From Klebsormidium nitens (taxonomy: Eukaryota; Plantae; Klebsormidiophyceae): DNA of 42,003 nt. Position 1 is the stretch's first letter, and every line of letters begins with the position of its first letter. The stretch is from the NCBI GenBank assembly GCA_000708835.1, contig DF237653.1:1-42003 (forward strand), written 5' to 3'. The notes beneath the pieces were generated by a model. That model saw only the letters and a program-made list of their open reading frames with translations. It had not been told where the DNA came from and made no database searches. Both the position numbers and the translations under genes were made by a program. Of the stretch, positions 1-13,000 are shown piece by piece.

Positions 1-1730
1 TGTGGAGTGCTCCTTCCTCGGCCGCAGAGGAGGTCGATTTGGAGGTGGCGATTACCGTATATCAGGGTGAAGCACATCCAAAACAGAAGCATTTGGTCTA
101 CGTCAATCTGGGTGGCTTTCCAGCTGCCTTTGGATGCGGAGGTCGCGGATGCGCTTCGAGTCGTCTTGACATTCTGAACGCTACGGAGGATTCGAAGAGG
201 ATGCGCGGCGCTTTAGAGAACGGGTTGATGTGAACAATATCAAAGCTCTGTGTTGTCCAGTGCACGGTGAGCTGCCAGTCTCAAAGATTTGAGCGCACCG
301 CACCACTGTGGCTCGCTGGCAGGTATGTTTAGTTGACTTGACGGGAAGTTTTGTACTGAGCCTCTTTGCGTTTCTCTGGCTGCGCCCGGCTCGGTATATG
401 CGAAGCTGGCGTTCAATACAGTTTTTCGTCTCGGGAAAATAGCAAGAGAAGAGCTGTTGCGGGCTGTATCACAACTGTCGTCACCAATTCAGCTGCCTCT
501 GACATGTACGATGTGTGGGTTGTTCATCAGGAAATCTTGATGACTGTGTTCACACAACCACTTGTCTTTTGCAATCAACACAAGTTAAAAGGAAGGATGA
601 AATTTGAATCTAAACTAGTACAGCATCATGGAAGACAATCTCTTAATCCTTCCCTACTGGCGGCAAAGAATGTGTCCACGTAACTTCAGCCTTAGCATAA
701 GTAACAGAAATGTTGCAGGTGGCGGAGTGCGGTGGAATGCGAGGCTGGATACATGAGACTCTGAGGGAGTCTTTCATGTGTTCTGCATTTTTTGAGTACT
801 GAAGAGCCTTGTTTACAGGAACACTTGGAATCACAGCCTGACCACAGCGCCGCAGGAGACTCACTCCTTCTTACTGAATCACAGCCAGCATTCGCTGCCT
901 CTGTGAAATTCTCCATCCAGACCTTTGATTTTCAAAATGACGCCGAGGGTTCAACACAGCCTAGCATGCATCCTCCAGATTGACAACAAGTGCCAAACCT
1001 CCCCCTCCTGCCTCACACTCCCCCTCCTGCCTCATACCAGGGCCTGCAATGGCTGCCTTCACAAGGTTCTGCAACTTCCCCACCGTGGGCAAGGGGCCGT
1101 CCGCGGGGGTGGTGAAATTCTGCTCGTCCTCTGGAGAAGTTCCCTATGGCCCGACCCTTCGAGCGGGGCCCAGCCTGGCCACACTGGTGGTGCCGATGGA
1201 AGGCATGCAGCTGCTGCCGATCAGGTGCGCGCATTTGTTGTTACTTTCTGGGGGCTGGGGGAAGGAGGTCATGAGGTCAGCTTTTATGGACGCATTATGT
1301 TCCTTGACCTTCTGAAGGGGCTTTGCATGCGGGCACTAAATTTGAGAAGGTTGTCTTTGGAGAACTCCTGGATTTATTGTCCAAGTTTCAAGGAGGTTGG
1401 GATTGGAAGAAAGATCGTGGGTTCCGGAGTGATACCTAAGTGGGGTTGGATCAAAGGAGACACTGGGTAGGTCTCGCTGTGACCCTCTCAGCAGGAATCC
1501 AAACAAGAAACTTTCGACATGCTATGAACTGCCTCCTTTCAAACTGTTGGCTTACATTTAGCTTGCCCTTGGGGTTATCACGACCGGCAGTTCCTGCTTT
1601 GCCAGGGGCATCGCTTGCAGATGGCAAGTATGCGCCGAGTCAAGACCCCATTGATTGTCAACCCGCTGTGCGGCATTGCTACAGGGCGCTGGAGAGTATC
1701 TTGAAGGGGCACTTCCGCCAGGCTCTCTGA
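1..1730 (+). CDS. Probable 3' exons of an unidentified spliced gene (partial)
   Basis: Exon-like segments with plausible splice sites: about 3-67 (WSAPSSAAEEVDLEVAITVYQG, then GTGAAG), about 979-1225 (after catcctccag; ...AFTRFCNFPTVGKGPSAGVVKFCSSSGEVPYGPTLRAGPSLATLVVPMEGMQLLPIR, then GTGCGC) and possibly about 1607-1730. No family recognised and the phases are not fully reconciled. Confidence 0.3.
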
Positions 1731-1858
1731 TCGTTTCAACCTTATTCTTCCCGTCCCCACAAACAGGCAGTTCTCTTGTCAGCAGGAGCCTTTTACTCTA
1801 GAAGAGGTCTTCCGCAGCCGTCAGTTGTGGAGTTCGGGAGAAGTTCTTTATAAGACGA

Positions 1859-4800
1859 ATGCCTGTTCAAGAACTGGGACGACAGGAAGGGGAAGAAAGC
1901 GAAATGAAAGTCTTAACCAAAAGCGCGGAGGTGGAAACAGAAACAAAGACACATTGGCCGTTTTGCAGCTGCGGCATCTGCAAGCAGCTGTTTGACAAGC
2001 CCACAATCGGCGGCAAGTGCGGGCACACGTTCTGTGCGGCATGCCTCGTGGGCTTCAAGAAACAGAGCACTCCCAACGATTGTCCCGAATGCGAGGAGCG
2101 CCTGTACATGTCGCAAGGGCCCGTTAACATGGTGGCCGCCAGCATCATCAACAGCCTTAAGCGGCGCTGTGTGAATGCGTTCACATATGACTGCGCGGCA
2201 AACGCGTATACGCCGGTGAGGGACTTTCTGCTTGTATGCTGGGCAGAATCCCGTCTAAAATGTGGACGTCCATTTCCTCATATCTTTGTTTGAAGACGCA
2301 TGGGGCTAGACCGGGCTCTCCATGGTGCTTTGTTGGTTGAAACATCGATTATCTCCGATTTTGGTGGAAGGTGGTCGTAAATTTTGGGAGTTGAGAGCGA
2401 GAGAGAATAGGACCAAAGCAAGCGGTGACATCCTCCAACTGTGCCCGGTTAGCGAACGAGTGCCGTGTTTCGTTTCCTTTTGTTTCCCACTGGAATACTC
2501 GAAGCAGGTAAAGCAAGCTTCATTTTCTGCTTGATGACTCGAATCATTAACAACACGGAAAGCCTGTTCCCTTTGCATATTCGCTGACTGAACCGTTGGA
2601 GCATCGGGCATAGTTCTTTTGGCAAGCCTCTCTCGATTGGGAAGGGCTTACCCGTCTTCGATCCGCCACAAAGTGTCCTGTTTCCTTCCTCTTAACACAG
2701 CTTCAGCTTGCTAGCATCTGGACTAGTACCTCAGTGCTTGTATCAATTCTGCGGATGCTTGGATTCACTTGGCCTACATTCTCTTATCGGACGGAGGCCC
2801 CAAAGGCCCCATTACCTCTCTTGCTGCCAAGCGCCCACTCGCCCACGTCGTCCCAAGCAAAGCTTTCAAAGTTCCAAATTCGCCGTTGTCTTTTTCAACT
2901 CAAACTCCTTCCGCCATTCCCTTCGCAGATTGGCAGCCAGGAGGGCGTCAGCAGCAGCTGCTCGTTCGTGGGGTCCGCTGACGAGATGGCCGCGCACGTG
3001 CCGACCTGCGATCTGAACGTCATCATGTGCCCCGAAAATTGCGGGCGAGTCGTGCTCCAAGGGGACCTCCCGACGCACCGGCAAACGGCGTGCACCGTGA
3101 TCTGCCGCCGCTGCAAAGCGAGCGTCCCGAGCCCGCTCAAGGAGAAGCACCGCAAGGTGACATCGCGTTTCGAGAGACGGGTGCTTGCGGCTGAAAGTGG
3201 GTTCGTGCAGGCTGTGGCTGTTTGTGTACCGCTCGTCCAGATGGTCTTTGGATCGATTGAAATGTTGGAGTGGAAGCTTTTCTGGCACTCCGCCTGTTGT
3301 GCGCATTAGTGAAGGTAAGAAATCCTGCATGCGGGACGCATCAAAGCCTCCCCACATGGAAAGGAGAAATGCTCATATGCTCGTGCGTATTGGATAAAGA
3401 GCGGCAGTCGGCTTGTTTGGAAAGCAACCCGCACTTCCGGTTGGCGTCTCCAGATTTCGCCCGTCCTTGCATTCCCCTGTACTACGTGCTCAAATGGCAG
3501 GCCACAGGATTGTCTTTACACCGAGAAGACGTCGGCTGGACTTCCGGCGACGCTGTGTCGATAGGTTCGATATCATGTTGACTGAGGGCATGTTGATTCA
3601 GGAAACGGGGACGGGTAGGGTGGGTTTGAGGGTCAAAGTGGGCAAGGGAGCGGAGCTTGTGTCATTTATGGATGTAGAGTTTTAGGTTTGTTCGTGCCTC
3701 CGAGCACTAGCCTAAATCAACATGCGCTTAGTCAACATGAGGTCGAGAAGTATGTTTTGTCGTGCATACTTGACCCTCCTCCTCGCTTTTCTGTCGGCAC
3801 AGGACGAGTGCCCAGGGATGGACGTCCCGTGCCATAGGAAGGAAGACGGCTGCACCATCGTGATTCAGCGGAGCGAGTTGGCTTCGCACATGGCGGTGTG
3901 CCCCTACGAGAGGCATAGGACCGAACTCGTCGCGATGCAGGACAAGGTCAAGGAGTGCCGGGAGCAGGTGGGGATGAAACTCGCGAAAGATTCTAAAAAG
4001 CTCCGACTACCACTGAAAAGCCTAACCCAGAAAGAGACCCGCTCCGCACCCCTACCCATCCTGGACCCCCAGATCAACCCTACAGGTCTCAGCGCGGTAA
4101 TCTTATTATACCTTAATATCTTCCTCGAGTGCGATCAGATGAGGGCCGCCCTTGCAGAGAGACCCAGCACAACCCCAGGTGTTTTCCTGACTTTCACGCC
4201 AGTCTGACCATACGACGCTTGGGGAGAGTTGGCCGGAATAGTTGCCACAGATCTCCCCGATGCTACGCGCAGTGAATGAACATTTGTCTACGGTGTAGGT
4301 CTGCGTGATCTGTCCACGCTTTTTTAAGACTCAAGTCGCGTTCCCATCTTAAAAGCACTCTCCAAATTGCTCCACAGTCATTAGGAATAATGAAGTCGAT
4401 GGAACGAGGCGACGTCTGGTCCATTACCGCCTGGTTTTTTTGGTGTACTTGACGGAGATTGAGTGTGTTTTCTTTTGGCTGTTGCTTCCACTTATGGCCC
4501 CGTCTAACAAGCTCTTATCGCACGGAGTCTTTCTTCCTTTTTGCAGATAGTGCGACAGACCGTCAAGATCGAGGCCCTAGAGTTTGAGTTAGCCCAGAAG
4601 CGGCGGGCGCCTCAGGGCGTTACCGAGGACGACCCTCCATACAAGAAGCGGAAAGCGTCCGACGGCGTCGGCCGGATCAAAGCGGAACCAACGGACATGG
4701 ACCCATACTCGGGACTGCCCCCGCATCACGACAGTACTCATCTGGGCAGCTCGCAAAGCGCCCTTCTGAGCATGTTCCAGTCGTTCGAAGTGGCAATGGC

Positions 4801-4912
4801 CACGAGAGCGGATGAGGTCGAGGTCGCCGTCGCGAAAGCGCGCGCGCGCCTGGGCGTTCTGGAGACGCTCACAAAGGCCCTCGCCGCACGAAGGAAACCC
4901 GCGGCCGGCTAG
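1859..4912 (+). CDS. RING (C3HC4) + TRAF-type zinc-finger protein, putative E3 ubiquitin ligase, about 371 aa, 4 exons
   Basis: Exons 1859-2215, 2929-3156, 3803-3967, 4547-4912, all phase 0 with GT..AG. RING: CGICKQLFDKPTIGGKCGHTFCAACL...CPEC. TRAF-like fingers: H..TCDLNVIMCPENCGRVVLQGDLPTHRQTAC, CRRC...H..DECPGMDVPC, GC...QRSELASHMAVCPYE. A coiled-coil-like stretch follows. No MATH domain seen. Confidence 0.85.
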
Positions 4913-5680
4913 GCCGACCCTCTGAGTCCACGCGCTCTGGTCACCCCTCTTTCCCCCAGCTTTGAGCGCACGCATGTTTCGTCTCCCCGAAATGTGATGC
5001 CGGCTCAAGCCCCCCCAAATCACGACCGCCCGACGGCGTCGGCGGAAAAGCATGCGGCGTGTGCGCACGAGCCGCCGGCTGACGTGGAGCCAGCGTCACC
5101 GAGGCCCTCTTCACGGGCCTCCTCTAGGCCCCCGACGCCCCATCGGTCCGGGAGCAACCGCCCTTCGAAACGGCCTCGGTCGCGCACGCCAAAGCGGTCG
5201 GCGGCGGAGGGACTCGGGCCGCTAGAGCCCCCGGCGCACCCCACCCTACGCACCTTGAGCTTTTGGTTCGCCGCCGTGGATAACGCCGGGCTGCGGCTCA
5301 AACGGCTCGAGAGCTTCCCGAAGCACCGGGCCATCTTCGCCAACATCGTCCGGGCGCTGGACCGGATGCAACAGGCGTTTGATTTCAAGCTCATGTACCA
5401 CGCGACGACGCATCCCGCGGCTCGGGAGCTCCTGCGGTGGCTCGCGGCTCGGATCAAGCAACTCGCGAAGGGAACAGTCGAAATGTCACCTGCAGAAGTG
5501 GATACGTGGAATGGGCTGGTTAAGGCCGTTCCGCCGGGTCTCCTCATCATGAGAAACGAGTCCCTTCTTGCGCTTGAGCAGGTTATGTTCGGTGAGGGAC
5601 TGAAGTACAACAGTAGGTTAAACCAGGAATTACGACAGGCGATCGTCAACGAGCAGCAACAGTCGGGTTCGAGGTTCTGA
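4913..5680 (+). CDS. Open frame directly continuing the RING/TRAF last exon past its TAG, or an independent single-exon gene starting at ATG 4997
   Basis: ORF 4994-5680 is in the same frame as 4547-4912 and codons 4913-4993 contain no stop. It encodes a Pro/Ser/Arg-rich linker, then a protein-like helical region (KHRAIFANIVRALDRMQQAFDFKLMYHATTHPAARELLRWLAARIKQL...). No family recognised. Confidence 0.55.
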   Translation, partial: ADPLSPRALVTPLSPSFERTHVSSPRNVMPAQAPPNHDRPTASAEKHAACAHEPPADVEPASPRPSSRASSRPPTPHRSGSNRPSKRPRSRTPKRSAAEGLGPLEPPAHPTLRTLSFWFAAVDNAGLRLKRLESFPKHRAIFANIVRALDRMQQAFDFKLMYHATTHPAARELLRWLAARIKQLAKGTVEMSPAEVDTWNGLVKAVPPGLLIMRNESLLALEQVMFGEGLKYNSRLNQELRQAIVNEQQQSGSRF

Positions 5681-7006
5681 AGGGCCGCCATGAGGAGATG
5701 CGCGTCTTTGGTGTATTCCAAGGGCTCTTAAATTGGAAGTGACACTACTTATGTACCAAAAGTCAAATCTTAGGCCTCTTAGAAATGCTGACACGAAAGT
5801 GGTCACTTGGATGTAGACTAGGCTGTAAGTAATGATAACCCAGATGGTAAGGACATCGAAGTCGCGAAAATATACTAGGAGTTTGCAAACAGACATGGAT
5901 TGTACTTTCCACTGATCGCATGTGTTAGTCGTATATAGTCCTATATTGGGAGTATGTGTGTATGTAGAAAGTTACCCTTTACCGAGCGTCTGCTAGTTCA
6001 GTGCGACCTAAACCGGGATTTTGGACGGCCGTTGGCATTTCATGTTGTTAAGCTGCCCTCTTAAATACAATTCTTCAACACCCATGCTTCAGGTTACGTG
6101 CAAGGTATTGTTATACCGGATCTTTATATACAGACATTAAATGTTGTCGGCTCTAATTGGCATGTATGTACGCCAGTGCAGCAATGCTTTTTATGTATAT
6201 ATATAAGCTTTATGATCCGCTGCCTGGCGCACTTGGGCCATGTGCACAATGGGGTTGAGAATAACATTGCGGGCGGGATGCTATATCAATATAGAGCGCT
6301 CGATCAGTGATCACAAACTGCGGATCGATTGTTGATAATTCATGAGCTGACCGGTTGATCCATTGCACAGACTCAAAGCTCATGCGCGCAGCCGCAGCCA
6401 CGTACTCCGAGCATGTGCGCATGGCGCCGGGTGCATGACGATCTAGCTTCAGATTATGTATTAAAAGCAGGAGCTAGCAGGCCTGTGTAATGATGTCATT
6501 TTGCTCTAGGCTCTCGAACTGAATATGGGCGGGCCGCCCGGTTGCACATGTGCATGGACAGTTATTGGCACTAGTCTGACCGTCTCTTAAGGACTTCACT
6601 GTGTTACCGGAGTACGTCATTCTGCCTGCATCCAAGCCGATATCAATAGAAGCTTGCTGGCAGGATCAGGTCGGTCAAACATCTGTGAAACTCATGCTCG
6701 GACGAGTCCAAGCATCTCACATGCAATCAACACTCCATGGTAGAGTTCGATTGCGACATGATCAACATGTGAGTGCCATGTGAGCGCAAGTATGCGGCCA
6801 TGTAACGAGAAAAAACTCATTTCGTGGTCAAAGAGGTGCACGTATGCATGATCCGGGCGCTCCAACATCTGCATGTTTTCGCTGCGAAAAGGGATCGTAG
6901 TGACTCAAAAGCCAAGAGGTTGGCAACGCACATCACTTCTGGCTCAGTCGAACAGTACAATTTTTTGAAGGCAGTACGCTCTTCAAGTGAACAGAATCTC
7001 ATCTCG

Positions 7007-10000
7007 CTATTTCTTCTTTTGCCTGCCTTTCCGCTTTGGCCGCGCGCTGGGGTTTCCGGCCCCCACTTTCGGGCCCGGCCGAGCCGGAACCGCCCGCACG
7101 ACGGGACGGGTCATCACGTTAGACGTCTGCGCAGCCGGAGGTGCCACGTCATCATCAGACAGACCGTCGCTCCCTTCCGCTCCAAGACTCGTCCTCTCAG
7201 CCCGGTCGTCGCGCCCATTCTCGCCGCTGACGTCATAAACCCCCTGTGCCACGTTACCAGACTCGCCGTCGCGAACCCCTTTTCCCACTGTCGAATCTAG
7301 AACTAGGTCCAGCGCTCCGGACCAGTCAGCCAAGCCCAACATCGGCAAAAGTTCTGCGGGGATCGTGGGGGGCCCGTCGCCAAAAAGGTCGCCGTTCTCG
7401 TTACCGTCCGGGGACTCGAAGAGTTCGGTGTGGAGCTCGGACCAATCCTCGTCGTCCACCGACTGGTCCACGACCCCCTGCAGAAAGATCCCAATCATTG
7501 TACAGAATGGAAGCCCAGTGACCGTTAACAAGGACGGGTGGGGTTATAACCATGAGCTATAATAGTAATAGGATCTAAAAGTAGTACGAAGAGGATTCTC
7601 AAGATTAACCAACACGAACTCTCTTACTGCATAAGGACTCGCTCCGCACCCAAACCCATCCTAACCACCACACTAACCCCAAGCGTCCTCGTCCTCACCA
7701 CACTAATCCCTTACTACTATTTATCCTTGTTACTATCAGGGTTTAGATTTTGTGGGGTCAGTTAAGGGGTTGGGGTGGTTACAGGTGCGGAGCAGGTAAA
7801 GTTTCAGATTAGGATTTTTGTCAACCCCAAAATGCTTACTAGTCACGGGGCTTGCTAATCAAGGTATCGAGAATTACCTGCAGAAGCGGCACGACCTCCG
7901 CGTACCGCTCCGCGCGCTCGGGGGGGATCCCCGACCGCTCGCCCGAGTACCACTGCAGAAAGTTCCACGGCTCGCCGGCGCCCGTCACGTCATTCTCCGC
8001 GAGCACGGTCATGATTTGGCTCCCCACGCTGCCCACTTTCGCAATCTTGTCCGGGCTCAATTTCGTCACCTTCTGGAACACCTGTACAGACTCCATCATC
8101 AGGTCGAGATCCGACCCTGCTCGCACCCCGACGTCCGGTTCCGTCCGTTCCGGAGTTCCGGCCTCCGGTTCCGCCCGCCGGACATCCTCCGGCAGCTGCT
8201 TCTCCCCCTGCGCCCGGGCCTTCTTTCCACGCCTGATGCGCCGCGCCCCCGCCGCCCGTTCTTTCGCGCCGCTTCCCTCCCCGTCGCTGACGTCAGCGTC
8301 GCTGATGACGTCCGCGCGCGCGCCGTTGCTGACGTCAGCACCGTTGGGGCTTCCCTCGGTCGAGCTTTCTTCCGGAGTCTCCGGCGCCGACGTCATGCTC
8401 TCTGCTGCCTCCTCTCCCGCGACGCGGCTGACGTCAGCTCCCCAAAACTCGTCGGCGTCGCTCCCTTCTTCTATGATGTCATCAGGCGCCACAGCGCCGG
8501 CGTCCGCCCGAGGCGCGGTGTCAAGTTTCTCCAGCAGCGCTCCGTTCTGCGCGCTTGACACCGCCTCGTTTGGCACGCCCATGTCCGAAGTGGTTTTGGA
8601 AGGGCCCTGTCGTTTGGCGTCTTTACCCCGCGAGTTCGCCATTTGAACCTCGATAACAGTCTCACCAGTCCCCGACAGGGCCTCACCTCCAACCTCCCCC
8701 CTGACCTCGTTTTCAGCCACCGTTTTTTGAGGCCCTGTCCGCGCTCCGTTCTCACTTTCCTTCTGCTTCGCCGCGTCTACTTGCGTCCTAACAGGGCCTT
8801 TGGTCGGCCTTACCTTTGACCATATCGTCGGTTGGCTCTCCTGACTCACAAGCAGCTCCGCCAGCGGCGAAATTTGCGGTGTGTTAACCGCTGGCCGTTC
8901 CGCCGGTTTTTCTGAATCCGGCTCCTTCCGGCCCCGTTCCGCTGGCTTCCGTCGCCGCTCTTTCCGGTCCTCCTCCCCAGACTCAAACCCTCCGCCGTCA
9001 GTGAAGCTCACGCGCACCGTCGGCCGCTCGCTGACGGCATCCTTCTTTCGTTCGGTAGATTTGTCCTTCTTATTTACGCTAACCGTGTCCTTCTTCTGTA
9101 CACTAATGTCCTCTCTTTTCCGCTCGCTGACGTCATCACGTCTCCTCTCACTGACGTCCCCCAGCCTCCGCTCGCTGCCTTTCTCCCGCCGCGTCTCGGC
9201 GGCGCTCTCCCGCCTCCTTTCGCTGACGTCAGCCCGTCTCCGCTCGCCGACGTCCTCCGCTCTGCGCTCGCTGACGTCATCCTTCCTCCGTTCGCTGACG
9301 TCATCTCTTTTCCGGTACACGTACCCCCGCCGCGCCCCCCCTTCCTCCGCCCCTTCCGCCTCCCCCGCGCCCCGCCGCTTCGACGCCGCCCCCCGTCGCG
9401 TCGTGCTGACGTCATCCTCCTCGGGGCTGACGTCAATCACGTGCGCTTCGGGGTTGTGCGCGAGCTTTCGGCCACCGCCCCACGCCTTTTCGCTGCTGCT
9501 TCGATCGGCGCTGTCTTTGCGGTCCTTTGCAGAGTCGAACAGTGGCTCGCTCCTGCCGGACAGCTGGATCTGGAAGTCGTATTCGCGGATGGGGGAGTCG
9601 GGCACCTGCGCAGATGGGTTTACCGACCGGGTTAGCCGGGTTTGTGATAGACTGTTCTTCTTCTTCTCTATTACCGACCGGGTTAGCCGGGCTTTGGGGT
9701 TTTCTGATAGATTGTTCTTCTTCTTCTTCTCATCTACCGACCGGGTCAGTCGGATGAACCGGGTTTGTCATAGATTGTCCTTCTTCTTTCCCTCTAACCG
9801 ACCGAGTTAGGCCGGGCTTTGGGGTTTGTGAAAGATTGTTCTTCTCCTTCTTCTGTTCTTACCGACCGGGTTAACCGGGCTTTGGGATTTTGTCATATTG
9901 ATCTTCTCCTTCTTCTTCTCTCGACTTTCACTGGCTCTCAGATGTCGCTTATGCATTGAAAAGGCGGACACTGAGGCTTGGGTTTGAGAGAGCAAGCTGG

Positions 10001-13000
10001 GCTCAGTCAGCGCCGCAAGCTCCTGCTCATTTGAATAAGAATTCTCTCCGCTCAGCTGTAAACTCACGCATTCGATCTTTCCAAGCGACTGTTCCTTCCT
10101 TCCGCTCAATTCTTATTTGAGACGCCACCGGATGGGGCCTGAATCACGGATGTAAAATGTTACGAGCGACCCAAAACTGACCACAATGACAAAGACGGCA
10201 AAGTAGAGACGAAGGCGGGAGCACATCACGATTCGTTCCCTACCATGACATTGATGTTGACTCGTAGAGCCGCCATCGTGGTGTTCAGCCGCTTCAGATT
10301 GGCTCCCAGGAAGAATTGTTCAACTCTCTCGTGCACGGTCAAGAAGATCGTCGGCCACGTCGGGTTCCGCCCGTTGCTTTCCGGCCGTTCCGCCGAGCCC
10401 GGCGTCCGCGGAATGCTCCCGTCCGCCTCCTTCCGCACGATCGTGCGCTCGATCTCGGCGACGACGGCCTCCCGGGACGGAATCCGGCCGGCGGAAACGG
10501 AATGGAAGTCTTGGGTGCAGAGCGGGCAGGGGGCGGTCAGCAAGTTGGCGAGATTGTCGCGCAACTGCAAGGGACGGATTAAGGAGCTGAGACTCGTAAG
10601 GGTAGGTGGAAGGGTTGAGGTACTTATTGATCCTCTGACAGAACCTGTGGAAGTAGAACGGGGACTCCGGTTTCCCATTCTGCCAGTTTTGGACCCCGAC
10701 ACTGCTTGGTCCTCTATACGCGCGCATCCCAAAGCCGGGTGACCTTCCACATCACTACTGCAGTTATCCGCTTCAGGGCGTTTGCGCTTGGACTCTAACA
10801 ACGAACCTACATACTTGAAATTGTAAGACCGTGGAGCAAAGAAAGTCAGAGTCAAAATTCCTACATCCTGCTCGTGAGACCTGCTCGCTTCAAACTCTGA
10901 CAGCAGCCCAAAAGTTCACAGAGATAAAAGAACAGAGATCGAAAGCCGAGATTTGCGAAAGGCGTGCATCCAAGCTGATTTCGCTGATAAGCTCGAACAA
11001 CAGAAAACTCGACAGATGTTTAGGCTCCTGAAGTGATGAGAATTGAAAGCTCCGGGGCCCCTAAACTGAAAGGGAGTAGCGGAAGTCCGCTCACCCTGCT
11101 GCGAAGAATCTGCATAAAGTTGCCCGGCTCGTTATGGTCTGCTTGCATCAGCTCTATTAACACTCCAAACAACTCTACAAACATTCAGGCCCCCGAAGAA
11201 CTTCTTTGGAGCTCTGGGCTCTAAACTGCTCCTAGAAGCAGGTTCCGCAGTGGGATCCGAGCGTTGAACCTTCTCACCCTGCTGCGCAGAATCTGCATGC
11301 AGTTGCCCGGCTCGTTGATCTTGCCCATCTTCACCCGGGCGCGGTCCGTCTGGAGCGCCTCCCACATCGCCTTCTCCACCTGGACATTCATGGCTGCAAA
11401 AAGGGACACGTGTTGCAACATCGGAACGGGGCGCCCCTAAACGAGTGTTGGTTCGAGGGCGTTTTGTGGGCGCACTCTATTCTGTATCTCGCTTTTCATT
11501 CACCACAAAGCAAGCACCGCGAGTTGACCCGGCTTTTGACCTACCTAAGCGACCCGAGTCGAGGAGTCGATGCAAACATTTCCTTGGATGATGTTTGTGT
11601 ATGCAGTGGGGGATAGCAAACTTCAGACAATCTCAGATTCGATTAGTCACCCGCCCTGGAGCAGAACTTGCTCACCCCGGGCCGTGACGCACTTACGGTA
11701 TCTATGTCAACGAAGTTGACGACCGCACTCGAGAAACAAAGCTACAGAATTTACTCTCAAATTCTTCGAGATCCGCTTCTCCACCTAGATGAAACGCAAA
11801 CCCGCCTCCTAACGGGGGCCTTACCCCACACGAGCTGGCCCGTTCGATGACAACAATCATTACGATCCTAAGACATCTCTCACTGGTAAACACCACAACA
11901 ATGATTCCTTTGCGCTGAAGGACTTGCTCGACTCTCGTCAAAGCCAACACAAATACAAACCCGCCCGCTAACCCAGCCCTTAACCCACCTGGGCTGGCCA
12001 TGTCGATGAAGTCGATCACCACGATCCCCGACACGTCCCGCGCGCGCAGCTCCTTCGCCACCTGTCGGGCGGCCTCCAGATTGATCCTCAAGTGCGTCTC
12101 GCTCTGCGCTTCGGCACGTGTACGATTTCCTGACGTCACCGCCCGCCCGCCGTTCACGTCGATCGACCAGAGGGCCTCCGTCTTTTGGATCACGAGGTAA
12201 GCGCCCGACTCTAGTTGCACGCGGCTCTGGAAAATCGAGTTGATCTGACCTTCGACGCCGAAAGCGTCCATCACGCCCTGTTTCCCGGAGTACAGCTCGA
12301 CGCGGTTCATTAAGTGCTCGCTGTTGTTTTCGGCGAGGTATGACATCACCTGGGCGTGCACTTCGGGGGTGTCCACAACCAGGCGCACCACCTGCGGAAG
12401 GGGAGGGGGGGAAGGGTTGTAACATCTTGAAGCAGCCAGAGTAGTCGAACATCGTTCTTGGCATGTGCAAGTGTGGTTCCACGTGTTGAAAGTGAACTCC
12501 AAGGAACAAATGATCCAGCGACTCAACCGCGGCCGCTGTCCGACTAGGCTTTTGAGTGCGAGACGGGTCGGAGATTGATGTTTGATATAGAAAGTAGCAC
12601 TTGAGAAGAGTCGTGGTAGCAACCGTTTACTCTAGCCTTACACGTAGAAGTAAAGCTACATATAGGGCCCCATTACCCAAAGCCACATCAGTCGACGACT
12701 CTTGATCTGCAATTTGGCACCGAGAGCAGCTTGCAAGCCCATAATGTAAGACTTTGATCTCTAAAGCGCCAAAGGTGCAGAGGTAACCCGACGACATCCT
12801 GCCAGAAACCCACCTCGGTCGACATGAGGTCCCGCACGATGGCCTGCGTCGGCGTCATGGCCTTGTACAGCAGCAGCGCCCCCGTGTTGCGCTTCACCGC
12901 CTCCTCCGCCTTCCGCAGGATCCCCTCGATCACCGTTTGCACCTGGCAGGCGGATCGCAAAAGTTCACGATCGCCCAGGTTGTGCCTTATTCCTAAATTT

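Noticed and set aside
5700-6990. GATC/CATG/TGCA-rich intergenic stretches (also about 32600-33300 and 37150-37850)
   Set aside because: No coherent ORF, terminal repeats or RNA structure found by eye; treated as UTR/intergenic sequence.
9620-9920. CRISPR-like repeat/spacer appearance
   Set aside because: Eukaryotic intron; the 'spacers' are themselves similar and of variable length; no cas genes. It is a tandem repeat.
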